Source: Methanocaldococcus sp. 16A (GTDB taxonomy: Archaea > AGJL01 > Methanococci > Methanococcales > Methanocaldococcaceae). From it: 64,000 bases of DNA. Both the position numbers and the translations under genes were made by a program. The notes below the pieces were generated by a model. That model made no database searches. It was not told where the DNA came from and saw only the letters and a list, made by a program, of their open reading frames with translations. Of the stretch, positions 1 to 10,672 are shown in pieces; position 1 is the stretch's first letter, and each line of letters begins with the position of its first letter. The DNA lies in NCBI GenBank assembly GCA_049860595.1, contig CP187551.1. One strand, written 5' to 3'.

Positions 1-892
1 AACAGCAAGTGGAGTTTGTTATTTAGTGGCAAGAGAATTTGGCTATTATGATTTAAGCGTCTTGGCAATAGTTGGGATTATTGGAGATATGCAATACTCC
101 CCCCTTTTAGGATTAAACAAGTTTATAGTAAATGAGGCGAGAGAGTATAGATATGTAAAGATAATGAGAGATATTGTCTATAATATCTACAACGTAGAGA
201 TGCATAAGGCAATTGCATATTGCACTAAACCCTACATACCAGATTTAGCTTCTGAAGTAAAAGCATTTAAGTTTTTAAAAGACATTGGTATAGACCCAAA
301 TAAAAAAGAGTTGGATGATTCTGATAGAAAAAAGCTTTTATCAGCAATAATTTTCAAATATCCGAAAATTGAGAACTTGATGGTTGATAGGTATCTAATT
401 GAGCATAAGGTTAGAGATACTTTTTTATTATCAGAGATGTTAAATGCCGTTGGTAGAAATGGATTATTTGCTGTAGGTATTGGGATATGCTTAGAGGATG
501 ATGAATGCATAAAAATAGGTAATGAAATATTATGGGAATACAAAAAGAATTTAATTAATGAGCTTAAAAATGTTAAACTAAAAAAATTAGATAATATTTG
601 TTATTTTGAAGGTAAAAAAGGGATGATTGGAGTTATTGCCTCCATATTGGTTGATGATAAACCTGTTATTGGTTATCATATTGATGGAGATATTGCTAAA
701 TTCTCTGCGAGAGGAAATAGAGAGCTTGTAAATAGAGGATTAAATTTAAGTGTAGCTATGGCAGTAGCAAAAGAATTTGGAGGCAATGGAGGAGGGCATG
801 ATGTAGCCTCTGGAGCAGTAGTTCCAAAAGATAAAGTGAAAGAATTTTTAAAGAGAGTGGATGAAATTATTGGAGAGCAGTTGAAAAGGTAA
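1..892 (+). CDS. DHH/DHHA1 family phosphoesterase (RecJ-like), 5' truncated by window edge
   Basis: Frame is open from position 2 (TASGVCYLV...). Motifs GIIGD and C-terminal DHHA1 GGGH..ASG are present. Confidence 0.85.
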   Translation, partial: TASGVCYLVAREFGYYDLSVLAIVGIIGDMQYSPLLGLNKFIVNEAREYRYVKIMRDIVYNIYNVEMHKAIAYCTKPYIPDLASEVKAFKFLKDIGIDPNKKELDDSDRKKLLSAIIFKYPKIENLMVDRYLIEHKVRDTFLLSEMLNAVGRNGLFAVGIGICLEDDECIKIGNEILWEYKKNLINELKNVKLKKLDNICYFEGKKGMIGVIASILVDDKPVIGYHIDGDIAKFSARGNRELVNRGLNLSVAMAVAKEFGGNGGGHDVASGAVVPKDKVKEFLKRVDEIIGEQLKR

Positions 893-1151
893 GGTGCTAA
901 ATTTAAAATATATGTTTATATTTATATAAATTGGTATATTTACTTTAATTAAATAAAGAAATTTCCATCATTTATATACTATTTTAAGGAATTATCACCT
1001 CCTATTTAAATTATTTAAGGGAAATCATTCCGTTATCTTTATATGTTATTACTGAAAAACTACTAACGAATTCTTGAAGAGGAATAGAATAATTAATTAA
1101 AATTCATAAATTAATTTTATTTTTATCTTATTTATTTTTTTGGGTGATTAA

Positions 1152-4100
1152 ATGATAAGTGTTAAAGATTTTGAAGAAAAGGTTATGGAATTTTATGTAG
1201 TAAAAAGAGATAAAAAAAAGGAGAGATTTAATATAAATAAATTAGTTAAGTCCCTAATAAACAGTGGGGTAAATTATGGTGATTTAGATTATATACTATC
1301 TGAAGTTTGCACTAAGGTCTATAATGGGATAACAACCGACGAAATAAAAAATATTGTTTATAATGTTTTAAAGAAAATAGACAAAAATATTGCTGAGAAT
1401 TATAGAAATGGGATTATATTAAAAGTCAGAACATCAGAAAAAGAGTTTGAGCCTTTTAATAAAGAAAAAATAGTTAAAGCATTGATTAGAGAAACAGGAG
1501 CAGATGAAGAGACTGCCAAAAAGATAGCTGATGAAGTTGAAAGAGAGTTAAAAAAATTAAAAGTTAAATATTTAACTGCACCAATGATTAGAGAAATCGT
1601 CAATTACAAATTAATAGAGTATGGATTTGAAGATTTAAGGCATAAGCACACAAGGTTAGGAATGCCTGTCTATGATATAACTAAATTAATAAAATCTGGA
1701 AGTAGGGAAAATGCCAATTTAATGTATAATCCAGAATCAATTCATAAATGGGTTGCTGATGAAACAATGAAGCAGTATGCTTTATTGGCAATATTCCCAA
1801 AACATATAGCCGATGCTCATATAAAAGGTGATATCCACCTGCATGACTTGGAATATGCTGCCACAAGACCAGTTTGTTTACAACATGATTTGAGACCTTT
1901 CTTTAAATATGGTTTAAGAGTAGATGGAACTGGATTACATACAAGCGTTTCAAAGCCAGCTAAACATCCAGAGGTTGCCATTCAACATGCTGCCAAAGTT
2001 ATGATGGCGGCTCAAACAAACATGAGTGGAGGGCAGAGTATTGATGAATTTAATGTTTGGCTCGCTCCTTATGTTAGAGGGCTTAGCTATGAAAAAATAA
2101 AGCAGTTAATGCAAATGTTTATTTATGAACTAAATCAAATGTATGTGGCAAGAGGAGGACAATCTCTTGCTAAAGATGAATTAATTTTCATAAAAGAAGG
2201 GGATAAATTAAAGGTTTGTAAAATAGGAGAAATAATTGATGAATTTATAGAAAAACACAAAGATAAAATAATAATGAATGGAGATACAGAAATCCTTTAT
2301 TTAGAAGGAATTGCTGACATTTATACAATATCTGTGAATATAAAAACAGGAAAGGCAGAATTTAAAAAAGTTTATGCTCTATCGAGACACAAACCAAGAG
2401 GGAAACTATATAAAGTTATTGGTAAAGATGGAACTTCAATAACAGTAACTGAAGACCATTCTCTATTTAACTATGATGAAAATGGAAACTTAATCTGTGT
2501 TAAGCCATTGGAAATGAGACATATTATTAGAAATTTCGATAATCCATATAATACAGAATATAAAATTGGGGATTATATAGAAACTAACTATAAAAGAACT
2601 GATTCAAAATACAATAGCAGACAGAATGATATTCCAGAAAAATTAAAAATAACAAAAGAATTATGTCAATTCTTAGGTTTATTTGTTGCTGAGGGTAGCT
2701 ATATAACAAATGGAATTTTAATAGCTACAAAAAATAAGGAAATAAGTGAATTTGTTGAGAAATTTATAAAAGATCAGATAAATGAAAATATTTCAATTAT
2801 AAAATATGACGACTCAGTAAGATTTGTAAATAAAGGATTTTATGAGTTTTTAAAGAAACATATAAATGGTGGGGCAATAAACAAAAACATTCCAGAGTTT
2901 ATATTAAAAGGAGACAAATGTATGAAATTAGCATTCTTAGGAGGTTTGATTAGTGGAGATGGATATGTTAGTAAAGATGGGAGGGTGAAAATATATACAA
3001 CATCTGAACAACTATTGGGGCAATTACATTTATTGTTGTCCAGTTTAGGAATGTTATATACAATATCCAAAATTAAAGGTGAAGGAGAGAAAATTAATAT
3101 CAATGGATATAATACTCAAAGAAATTATAAACTTTATGAAATTGAAATTGCTAAAAGATATACAAGTGTTTTGAGAGAATATATAATTCCAGAATATAAA
3201 AAAGAATGTCTAAAGCAGTGTAGTTATGACCAGTTGCCATATGATTATAATATAATAAAAGAGCATCTAAGAAAAATAACAAACAAAAAACCATACAATG
3301 ATTATGCATGGAAATCAAATAATAGAAAATTAAAATTAAACACATTAGAAAAAATTGAACAACTAAATCCACATTTAAAAGAAATTATTGAGAAATTTAA
3401 ACTAAATATTCCATTTGAAATAAAAGAAATTAAAGAGATTGACTATAATGGCTATGTATATGATTTAAGTGTTGAAGAAAATGAGAACTTCATAACCTTT
3501 ACTGGGATATTATGCCACAATACAATATTTAGCTCTATTAACTTAGAATTAGAAATTCCTAAATATTTAAAGGATAAACCAGCTGTAATAGCTGGAACTA
3601 CAAAAGGAACTTACGGAGATTATGAAGATGAGGCTAAGTTAATTTTAGAGGCATTAGTTGATGTAATGATGGAAGGAGACGCAATGGGAAAACCTTTCTT
3701 ATTCCCGAACTTTATAATTAAATTGAGAGAAAATGCCTTTAAAGATGAGAATAGAGAACTTATGTATAAAATCCATCAATTATCTGCTAAATTTGGAATT
3801 CCTTACTTTATAAATATGCTCCCAGACTGGCAGGAAATAAATACCAATGCAATGGGTTGTAGAACAAGATTAAGTGGAAATTGGACAGGAGATGCTGAGA
3901 TAGACACATTAAGAACAGGAAATATGCAATGGTACTCTCTAAATTTACCAAGAATTGCTTATGAAGCTAATGGAGATGATGGTAGATTATTTGAAATTTT
4001 GAATGAAAAATTAGAGCTATTAAAAGAAGCTTTATTAATAAAACATGAAGTAACAAAGGAAAGGTTATATGTTGATAACTTAATGCCATTCTTAACTCAA

Positions 4101-4805
4101 GAGTTTGATGGAGAGCCATACTATAGATATGAGAACACAACAAAGACATTTGGATTTGTTGGATTGAATGAGATGCTTAAATATCATTTGGGAGAAGAAT
4201 TACATGAGTCAAAAGATGCTGTTAAGTTTGGTGAAAAAGTTATTGAATATATTAGAGAATATGCCGATAAATTGAAGGAAGAAACGGGAATGAGATGGAC
4301 GGTAACTCAAACTCCGGCTGAATCAACTGCTGGAAGATTTGCAAGATTGGATTATAAATATTATAAAGAAGAAACAATAAGTGTTGTTAGGGGAGATTTA
4401 AAAGACCCAGAAACATTATACTACACAAACTCATCCCACGTTAGAGTAGATGCACCAATAACTTTGGGAGAGAAGGTTAAAATTGAAGCTAAATTCCATC
4501 CTTTGTGTAATGGAGGACACATAATGCATGTTTGGAATATTGAATCTGCAGCTGATCCAGAGGTTTTAATGGACATAACAAAAAAGATAACAAAAACAGA
4601 TATTGGCTTTTGGACATATACAAAAAATCTAAGTGTTTGTAATAAATGTGGAGTAAGTGCTGGAGGCTTATTAGATAAATGTATAAATTGTGGCTCTGAG
4701 GATATTGCTAAATTTAGTAGGATAACAGGATATTTACAAAATATTTCAAACTGGAATAGAGCAAAACAAAAAGAGTTAGAAGATAGAAGGTTGCCAAAGA
4801 TTTAA
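1152..4805 (+). CDS. nrdD: Anaerobic (class III) ribonucleoside-triphosphate reductase with two N-terminal ATP-cones and one intein
   Basis: ATP-cones VVKRD.. and VRTSEKE..; [10 protein letters not shown]; TPAEST; C-terminal CxxC..CxxC and glycyl-radical motif RITGYL; GGTGA RBS upstream. Confidence 0.97.
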   Translation: MISVKDFEEKVMEFYVVKRDKKKERFNINKLVKSLINSGVNYGDLDYILSEVCTKVYNGITTDEIKNIVYNVLKKIDKNIAENYRNGIILKVRTSEKEFEPFNKEKIVKALIRETGADEETAKKIADEVERELKKLKVKYLTAPMIREIVNYKLIEYGFEDLRHKHTRLGMPVYDITKLIKSGSRENANLMYNPESIHKWVADETMKQYALLAIFPKHIADAHIKGDIHLHDLEYAATRPVCLQHDLRPFFKYGLRVDGTGLHTSVSKPAKHPEVAIQHAAKVMMAAQTNMSGGQSIDEFNVWLAPYVRGLSYEKIKQLMQMFIYELNQMYVARGGQSLAKDELIFIKEGDKLKVCKIGEIIDEFIEKHKDKIIMNGDTEILYLEGIADIYTISVNIKTGKAEFKKVYALSRHKPRGKLYKVIGKDGTSITVTEDHSLFNYDENGNLICVKPLEMRHIIRNFDNPYNTEYKIGDYIETNYKRTDSKYNSRQNDIPEKLKITKELCQFLGLFVAEGSYITNGILIATKNKEISEFVEKFIKDQINENISIIKYDDSVRFVNKGFYEFLKKHINGGAINKNIPEFILKGDKCMKLAFLGGLISGDGYVSKDGRVKIYTTSEQLLGQLHLLLSSLGMLYTISKIKGEGEKININGYNTQRNYKLYEIEIAKRYTSVLREYIIPEYKKECLKQCSYDQLPYDYNIIKEHLRKITNKKPYNDYAWKSNNRKLKLNTLEKIEQLNPHLKEIIEKFKLNIPFEIKEIKEIDYNGYVYDLSVEENENFITFTGILCHNTIFSSINLELEIPKYLKDKPAVIAGTTKGTYGDYEDEAKLILEALVDVMMEGDAMGKPFLFPNFIIKLRENAFKDENRELMYKIHQLSAKFGIPYFINMLPDWQEINTNAMGCRTRLSGNWTGDAEIDTLRTGNMQWYSLNLPRIAYEANGDDGRLFEILNEKLELLKEALLIKHEVTKERLYVDNLMPFLTQEFDGEPYYRYENTTKTFGFVGLNEMLKYHLGEELHESKDAVKFGEKVIEYIREYADKLKEETGMRWTVTQTPAESTAGRFARLDYKYYKEETISVVRGDLKDPETLYYTNSSHVRVDAPITLGEKVKIEAKFHPLCNGGHIMHVWNIESAADPEVLMDITKKITKTDIGFWTYTKNLSVCNKCGVSAGGLLDKCINCGSEDIAKFSRITGYLQNISNWNRAKQKELEDRRLPKI
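2163..3521 (+). mobile_element. Intein in NrdD (453 aa, RNR-1 type site) with LAGLIDADG homing endonuclease
   Basis: Junctions RGGQ|SLAKDE and ILCHN|TIFSS; block B VTEDHSL; LAGLIDADG motifs FLGLFVAEG and [10 protein letters not shown]; block F VYDLSV. Confidence 0.95.
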
Positions 4806-4822
4806 ACAACTATTTTTTATTT

Positions 4823-5242
4823 TTATTGAATATTAACTGTTACTTCATCTACATTAGTTTTTGTTATATTAACTGTGATTATTCTACTTGTAGAGATGTC
4901 TGTATCTCCTGTTAAAGTTACATCTACACTACAATTTGTTGTTATTGTGTAACTAAATGATGGATTTTTAAATTGTAATTGATTATTAACAACATTCCAC
5001 TCTCCTGGAGGGCATTTTATATAAACAATTTTTGTAGTACCTTCATCTGCAGCTGCTACTAATTCTATATTCTGCTTCATTTTAGAAACAGCTGCATGTG
5101 CTAAACTCATAGAAGATACAGTGGCAGTTTTTTTTAGTCCAAACATTCCTGGCCAACCTACGGCAATAATAATTACAAGTAAAGAAACTAAAAGTAATAT
5201 AGAAAATTCTAAGGATAATTGAGCTCTTTTATTAAATAACAT
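4823..5242 (-). CDS. Type IV pilin-like protein with class III signal peptide (EppA substrate)
   Basis: KRA|QLSLEF (QxSxE motif) followed by a hydrophobic helix; lies in the eppA locus. Confidence 0.85.
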   Translation of the reverse strand: MLFNKRAQLSLEFSILLLVSLLVIIIAVGWPGMFGLKKTATVSSMSLAHAAVSKMKQNIELVAAADEGTTKIVYIKCPPGEWNVVNNQLQFKNPSFSYTITTNCSVDVTLTGDTDISTSRIITVNITKTNVDEVTVNIQ

Positions 5243-5263
5243 ACTAATCCCTTAAAAATATTT

Positions 5264-6409
5264 TTATTTATTCCAATAAATAACATAGGCAAATTCTATA
5301 GGTTCATCTGAACTTGTTGTATATTCTATAGCAGGAACATCAAACTTTGTAAATAATGATTTTGTATCTTCAACGTCCCAACCAAATTTAGGAATTAATG
5401 GGTCATCAGAAGATAACGCCCCTGAAATATATGAAGTATCTTCCGCTTCAACATAGTATTCATTTTCGTTAGAATTTGATAACTTTTCAAGATTATTTAC
5501 CCATTTTTCATAAGAGTCTATCCATATATCCGCATTATATTCGTCATAGTTTATTTTTGAAAAGCTATTGTAATTTTCAATAATTAAAGGAGCAGGAATT
5601 ACTATAGATATAGTATCTGTATTACCTTTTTCAATTTTTCCTCTAACATACAATTTAAGATAATTAATGTTGATACCATTTTCAATAGCACAACTAAATA
5701 TCTTTTTTGGATCTAATACTCTTATCTCATTTACTACTGCTGGACCGTATATCTCAAAATTTTTATTGTCATAGGAATTTCCGATATATGTTTTAAGACT
5801 ACCAACAATTTTTACTTTAACTGTTGTATATGGTGGTAACCAAAAACCTTTAACACCATTTAATGTAGCATTACTATTAGGAAATTTTACATTCCAATTG
5901 CCTATATCCTCATAAAGTTTATATGTGAAATTACCTTCCCCGGTGATGTTTGGGGATAATGTAATATTAACAGAAGGATATTTGTATGTAACTCTTGTTG
6001 CAGATGGAGGTATATCTAAAGGTAATTTATAGCTAATTTTATCTAACGTTTGAGGATTAGTAATTATCCATAACTCACAAGGATATACGTCATAATTTAC
6101 CCACATATAATACTCATAATTGTATAATCTTATTTTTTGATCAATTTCATCTTCTCGTCCAAGGCATATTTTATAAACATCATAATTTGTATCAGAAGAA
6201 GGTAGAGTAACAAAAACTGAATATGGATAATCATTGGTTAGCTCTCCCTCTAATGTGAAGTCATATTGGAGATATGCGAAACCTTCAATATCTTTTGGTT
6301 GTATGTCATAAACATATTCATCTGGAATGTAATTAATTATTGAATAACCTACATTAAAAATCATCAATAAAAAAAATATACATATTAGAGATTTAAGAGT
6401 TCTCATCAT
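5264..6409 (-). CDS. Secreted protein of the EppA pilus locus, function unknown
   Basis: N-terminal signal peptide; overlaps the upstream gene; start codon uncertain (6406/6409/6415). Confidence 0.7.
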   Translation of the reverse strand: MMRTLKSLICIFFLLMIFNVGYSIINYIPDEYVYDIQPKDIEGFAYLQYDFTLEGELTNDYPYSVFVTLPSSDTNYDVYKICLGREDEIDQKIRLYNYEYYMWVNYDVYPCELWIITNPQTLDKISYKLPLDIPPSATRVTYKYPSVNITLSPNITGEGNFTYKLYEDIGNWNVKFPNSNATLNGVKGFWLPPYTTVKVKIVGSLKTYIGNSYDNKNFEIYGPAVVNEIRVLDPKKIFSCAIENGININYLKLYVRGKIEKGNTDTISIVIPAPLIIENYNSFSKINYDEYNADIWIDSYEKWVNNLEKLSNSNENEYYVEAEDTSYISGALSSDDPLIPKFGWDVEDTKSLFTKFDVPAIEYTTSSDEPIEFAYVIYWNK

Positions 6410-7580
6410 CTCCACCCATAATTACAGAAATATATAAATTTTCAGGTTTTTGTTTTGCTAAGTCATTTACAGTATCTTGTGGAACATAAAGTACCAATAA
6501 ATATTTTACATTATCTATATCAAGTATTTGGGTTTTTTGTTCTAATTCATTTAATCTATAACCATAGTTTTCAAACATCTGTACTATTTTATTATAATCT
6601 AATCTACCTATTACAGTAGCGTGTAATATTCCAGGTATATCATTTATACTATATTGTATATTAGAATTTGCAGATTTTTTTATACTAGTATCATATCTTG
6701 ATACACTACTATCTACACTTTTACTTTCAGAATATTGTACGTTTTTTACAAGTACATACGCTCTATCTACTAATGTAGATGTGATTAATGTCCCATTATT
6801 GTTATATATATTTAGAATTTCACCTTTTTTAGGTAAGTCAGGTAATTGATTTGGAGATACTACTAACGAAACTTTACTTAATTTTGAAGGAATTACTAAA
6901 TTATTTTTTATATTTTCTAACTCATTAATATCAGCTGTTTTAAGAATATTTAGTATCTGTTTTTTTGTAATAAAATGTTTTTCAGATTTTAAATAAAAAA
7001 TATTTCCAGTCTCTATAATGTCATATATGTCTTGTAATAGTTTTTTTCTATATTGTGATTTCAGAGATTCTAAATCAGAATCACGAACTTGCATATATTT
7101 TTCATAAATTTTATCTACATCTTCAAGACTATCAGCAGATTGTATTTTAAAAACAGTTTCTTGAGCTAAAGTACTCATGTTATAGTATTCTCCATAATAA
7201 TTTTTAATATAATTTATGATACTTTCTTTATATTCTTTAAGTTTTATGTATCTATTTGCTTCTTCAACAGTTTTACTTATTTCTTCTTCATTTTTTGCTG
7301 CATATATTTTTGCTATAAATGTATTTTTCATAGGGTCTGATGGATATTTAGAAAACATTATATTTATTTGATTTATAGCATTACTTTTTGTTTTTTCAAA
7401 ATTTTGCATAGCCAATATTTTCTCTTGTTTAAAAGTTTCAATGATTGATGGAACAGTTAATATCAAAAGTGCTACAACAGAAATAACAATTATTATAATA
7501 ACAATTGGCATCAAATTAGATTTTGGCTTTCTACCTTTACTTTTTTCTTTTAAAGTTCTTATTTTTGATATATCTACCAT
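6393..7580 (-). CDS. DUF515-like membrane-anchored protein of the pilus locus
   Basis: Basic N-terminus, single TM helix, conserved-looking PGILHATVIGRLDY segment; operon context. Confidence 0.7.
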   Translation of the reverse strand: MVDISKIRTLKEKSKGRKPKSNLMPIVIIIIVISVVALLILTVPSIIETFKQEKILAMQNFEKTKSNAINQINIMFSKYPSDPMKNTFIAKIYAAKNEEEISKTVEEANRYIKLKEYKESIINYIKNYYGEYYNMSTLAQETVFKIQSADSLEDVDKIYEKYMQVRDSDLESLKSQYRKKLLQDIYDIIETGNIFYLKSEKHFITKKQILNILKTADINELENIKNNLVIPSKLSKVSLVVSPNQLPDLPKKGEILNIYNNNGTLITSTLVDRAYVLVKNVQYSESKSVDSSVSRYDTSIKKSANSNIQYSINDIPGILHATVIGRLDYNKIVQMFENYGYRLNELEQKTQILDIDNVKYLLVLYVPQDTVNDLAKQKPENLYISVIMGGDDENS

Positions 7581-7622
7581 ATAACCACCTTAGTATTGAA
7601 TTATAAATCATAGACACTCAAT

Positions 7623-8015
7623 CTATATTTGGGTTGGGTTTATTGTTATATTATATACACTTTGATTTATCTTTGTAGTGTTGTAAATATAGCTTTTAAT
7701 AAAATTTTTTATTTCATTTGTTACATAATCTTTTGGACTTATGTAGATATATATACTCTTTTTATCATCTGACCATGAAATTCCTCCATAGATTAATGTA
7801 GTATTAGGATGGATTCCGTTATATCCTGAATTTATTAACAAAACTGATGTTTTTGCAGCACTATCCACTGAATCTATAACCCAATCATCCTTCGAGAAGT
7901 TTTGTAATAAAAAATGACTTATAGTTATGAGGGATATTAATAATATAGCAAGAAACAAAATTGAGAATTCAAAGGATATTTGAGCTTTTTTTGATTTTAT
8001 TAACCTACTTATCAT
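7623..8015 (-). CDS. Type IV pilin-like protein with class III signal peptide
   Basis: KKA|QISFEF motif followed by a hydrophobic helix. Confidence 0.85.
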   Translation of the reverse strand: MISRLIKSKKAQISFEFSILFLAILLISLITISHFLLQNFSKDDWVIDSVDSAAKTSVLLINSGYNGIHPNTTLIYGGISWSDDKKSIYIYISPKDYVTNEIKNFIKSYIYNTTKINQSVYNITINPTQI

Positions 8016-8042
8016 AATGCCCACACATTATATTATTTTTAA

Positions 8043-8136
8043 ATAGGACTTTTGCAGAAATAAATATCAAAAGATATTTTGAAGCCTTCTGGCATCATTA
8101 TTTCATTATTAAATATATAAAATGCGAAAATCCTAT
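8043..8136. repeat. Palindromic MITE-like intergenic repeat (94 bp, full length)
   Basis: Terminal inverted repeats ATAGGACTTTTGCA...TGCGAAAATCCTAT; internal hairpin TGAAGCC-TTCT-GGCATCA. Confidence 0.85.
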
Positions 8137-9146
8137 TTGAAATTTATTAACGTAAGTGTAACTATGTAACCTATAACAACAAATGGAACAAATGGATAAG
8201 TTTTTATAATGTTCAGTTTCTCTGGAACTTTTCCTTCTCTATATAGTTTCTTTATTTTTTGGATATCTTCATTGGACAACCCTTCCCCATCAGTTATTAT
8301 TACCTCTTTTTTATGTTCTTTAATCTCTTGTTCTAACAGGAATTTTATTCTTTTTATTATATTTAAGTTTCTCACTTCAACTTTATCGTTATCTATAATT
8401 ATCACATCTCTTAAAATGTCTCCTTCCTTTAACTCTTCAACATGCTTTTTATCTGAAATTTCTACACCTGTAAGGGCATAAATAACGATAGATATTAGTA
8501 TTATTTCACAAAGATATATTATTGATGAGACTAACACGTTATATTTAATAAAGTAGGTCGTATCAATCATATAAAGGAGTAGTAGGTATATTGGAAACAA
8601 ATAACCCAATTTTTTCGTATATTCATTATATTTAGGAATTTTTCGTGAGATAAATATGGAATAAATAATATAAGCCCATATTATTATTGATGCGTATGGA
8701 ATTTTATAGATATTTATAAAGTAATATAATATCCCAATAATCATAGTTAGATAACAAGCTGAAGGTAAAATATCTTTCCAATATCTTGTTAAAATTTTAA
8801 ACATTGGAAAAACTGCAGCAATAAACATGCTAAATGCTATTAGGTAAAGGATATATTTTGGGATATAAAATACAAAAGAATTAGGATATGCAAAAATAGG
8901 GGCTAAAGCTGTAAATAGCTTAACATCTCCACCTCCCATTCCAACACTAAGTATTAAACATAACATTAACGTAGAGAAAAACGCGATAATTGCGTCAAAT
9001 CCAAAATAATAATACCCAACAACCAAATTTATTATAATCATGGCGATTATATACTTGTGAGGGATAATTCTTTCTTTAATATCAGTGATTGACGCTAAAA
9101 TAAGTAAAATAAAATTAATAATGTAAACTATATCCAATACATCCAC
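8133..9146 (-). CDS. eppA: Prepilin peptidase, A24 family (EppA type)
   Basis: ASITD..ERIIP, GGGDVKL and C-terminal PFVPF motifs; many TM helices; adjacent to QxSxE pilins. Confidence 0.85.
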   Translation of the reverse strand: MDVLDIVYIINFILLILASITDIKERIIPHKYIIAMIIINLVVGYYYFGFDAIIAFFSTLMLCLILSVGMGGGDVKLFTALAPIFAYPNSFVFYIPKYILYLIAFSMFIAAVFPMFKILTRYWKDILPSACYLTMIIGILYYFINIYKIPYASIIIWAYIIYSIFISRKIPKYNEYTKKLGYLFPIYLLLLYMIDTTYFIKYNVLVSSIIYLCEIILISIVIYALTGVEISDKKHVEELKEGDILRDVIIIDNDKVEVRNLNIIKRIKFLLEQEIKEHKKEVIITDGEGLSNEDIQKIKKLYREGKVPEKLNIIKTYPFVPFVVIGYIVTLTLINFK

Positions 9147-9150
9147 AATT

Positions 9151-9513
9151 TCACCTATTCGGATATTTAGATTTAACTTTCTCTTTTATTTTTAACATCA
9201 ACTCATGGTTATCTAAGATTTTTAGAGCTTCATCTATGCTTTTATCTTTCGTTAAATTTAAAATTTCTTTTAGTATTTCAGTAGCAACATCTACTCTATG
9301 TACCCAAGAACACTTCATACAACTCCAAATTTTTGTTCCATCTTTTCTTTCAATATACTCTCCTAATTCTTCATCTTCACATGGATAAAAAGGACAGTAA
9401 CACCACAAACAAACCTGTCCATCAAAGTGGCAAGGATAGTATTCACAATTTCTGTTAGCTCCACAAACTTCTAAAACCTTCTTTAGATGATTTTTAGCAA
9501 GTTCAATCATCAC
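9151..9513 (-). CDS. Cysteine-rich small domain protein
   Basis: N..CEYYPCH...CLWCYCPFYPC...WSCMKC..H motif. Confidence 0.8.
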   Translation of the reverse strand: MMIELAKNHLKKVLEVCGANRNCEYYPCHFDGQVCLWCYCPFYPCEDEELGEYIERKDGTKIWSCMKCSWVHRVDVATEILKEILNLTKDKSIDEALKILDNHELMLKIKEKVKSKYPNR

Positions 9514-9585
9514 ACAACACCTTTAAATAGCTTAAATATTATTCTATACTTTTATATGTATTTAAAAGTTTATGTGGTGATTTTA

Positions 9586-10326
9586 ATGGAGAGATTAATA
9601 AAACTTGCAGAGCTAATAAAGGATGAAGAGCTAAGAAATAAGGTTATTGAATTTTTGAAAAATCCTAAGGCAACACACTCAGGTATTGTGGATACAGGGA
9701 TTAGTGTTGAAGAAGCTCCCGCAAGTATAAATTGGCATCATAGATATGAGGGGGGCTTGATAGAGCATACAGTATCAGTAACAAAGATGGCTTTAAAGAT
9801 GGCTGATGTTTTAGAAGAGGTTTATGGTGTTAAGGTTAATAGGGATTACATAATTGCTGGAGCTCTATTGCATGATATAATGAAACCATATAACTATATA
9901 AGAAAAGAAGATGGCACTTTTGACCACTATGATATGTTCAATTTAGACCATCTAACATTAGCTGTTGCTGAACTCTACAAAAGAGATTTTCCAATTGAAG
10001 TTATTAAAATAGTAGCTTCTCACCATGGAGAACATTCTCCAACAAGACCAGGCTCTATAGAGGCATATATAGTACATTATGCTGATGAGGCTGATTCAAA
10101 GATTAACGATGTTGCTGTAAGAGTTTGTCAGGCAAGAAGTAGAGATTTGGGAGTTTCTGAACATGATATATATAGAGCAATTAATCCTTTGAAGGTTTAT
10201 GAAGTTAGAAGTAGGGAAGGAAAGATAGGAACTATAGAATTTTTAAAAGATATTTTGAAATCAATTGGAATAATTAAAGAAAATGAAGAAAATGAAAAAG
10301 AAGAATCTTCTAATGATACAAAATAA
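9586..10326 (+). CDS. mptB: HD-domain dihydroneopterin 2',3'-cyclic phosphate phosphodiesterase (methanopterin biosynthesis, MJ0837-like)
   Basis: HH..EGGLIEH, LLHDIMK, SHHG and HYAD motifs; ATG at 9586 follows a GGTGA RBS; synteny. Confidence 0.8.
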   Translation: MERLIKLAELIKDEELRNKVIEFLKNPKATHSGIVDTGISVEEAPASINWHHRYEGGLIEHTVSVTKMALKMADVLEEVYGVKVNRDYIIAGALLHDIMKPYNYIRKEDGTFDHYDMFNLDHLTLAVAELYKRDFPIEVIKIVASHHGEHSPTRPGSIEAYIVHYADEADSKINDVAVRVCQARSRDLGVSEHDIYRAINPLKVYEVRSREGKIGTIEFLKDILKSIGIIKENEENEKEESSNDTK

Positions 10327-10371
10327 TTCTATATATTTAAATGTTTAAATATAATTATCTAAAATAAAAAA

Positions 10372-10448
10372 TGGAGCCTCGGGCGGGGTTTGAACCCGCG
10401 ACCTCCTGCTTACCAAGCAGGCGCTCCGCCAGGCTGAGCTACCGAGGC
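10372..10448 (-). tRNA. tRNA-Thr (GGT)
   Basis: Reverse complement GCCTCGGTAGCTCAGCCTGGCGGAGCGCCTGCTTGGTAAGCAGGAGGTCGCGGGTTCAAACCCCGCCCGAGGCTCCA folds as a cloverleaf with encoded CCA. Confidence 0.97.
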
Positions 10449-10473
10449 ACCTTAGCATAGTTAAATTACTACC

Positions 10474-10510
10474 TCTAATATATAAACATTACGCCGAAAA
10501 GTATATATAT
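10474..10510. promoter_or_regulatory. Back-to-back BRE/TATA promoters of the divergent tRNA-Thr and tRNA-Gln genes
   Basis: Minus strand CGTAATGTTTATATATTA; plus strand CCGAAAAGTATATATA. Confidence 0.7.
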
Positions 10511-10548
10511 CACTTCTTGGTATTTACTAAATTGCTTACGTTTGATGT

Positions 10549-10623
10549 AGCCCGGTGGTGTAGTGGCCTATCATCCGGGGCTTTGGACCCGGGACCGCGG
10601 TTCGAATCCGCGCCGGGCTACCA
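10549..10623 (+). tRNA. tRNA-Gln (TTG); anticodon stem appears one C short
   Basis: AGCCCGG/CCGGGCT acceptor stem, CTTTGGA anticodon loop, GGTTCGAATCC T-arm, encoded CCA. Confidence 0.92.
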
Positions 10624-10672
10624 TTTTTATTTTTGTATAATATATTTATTAATTTAAATATATGGTGAAAGT

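Noticed and set aside
4823-9146. EppA/pilin locus as a novel system
   Set aside because: Matches the known euryarchaeal EppA-dependent type IV pilus locus.
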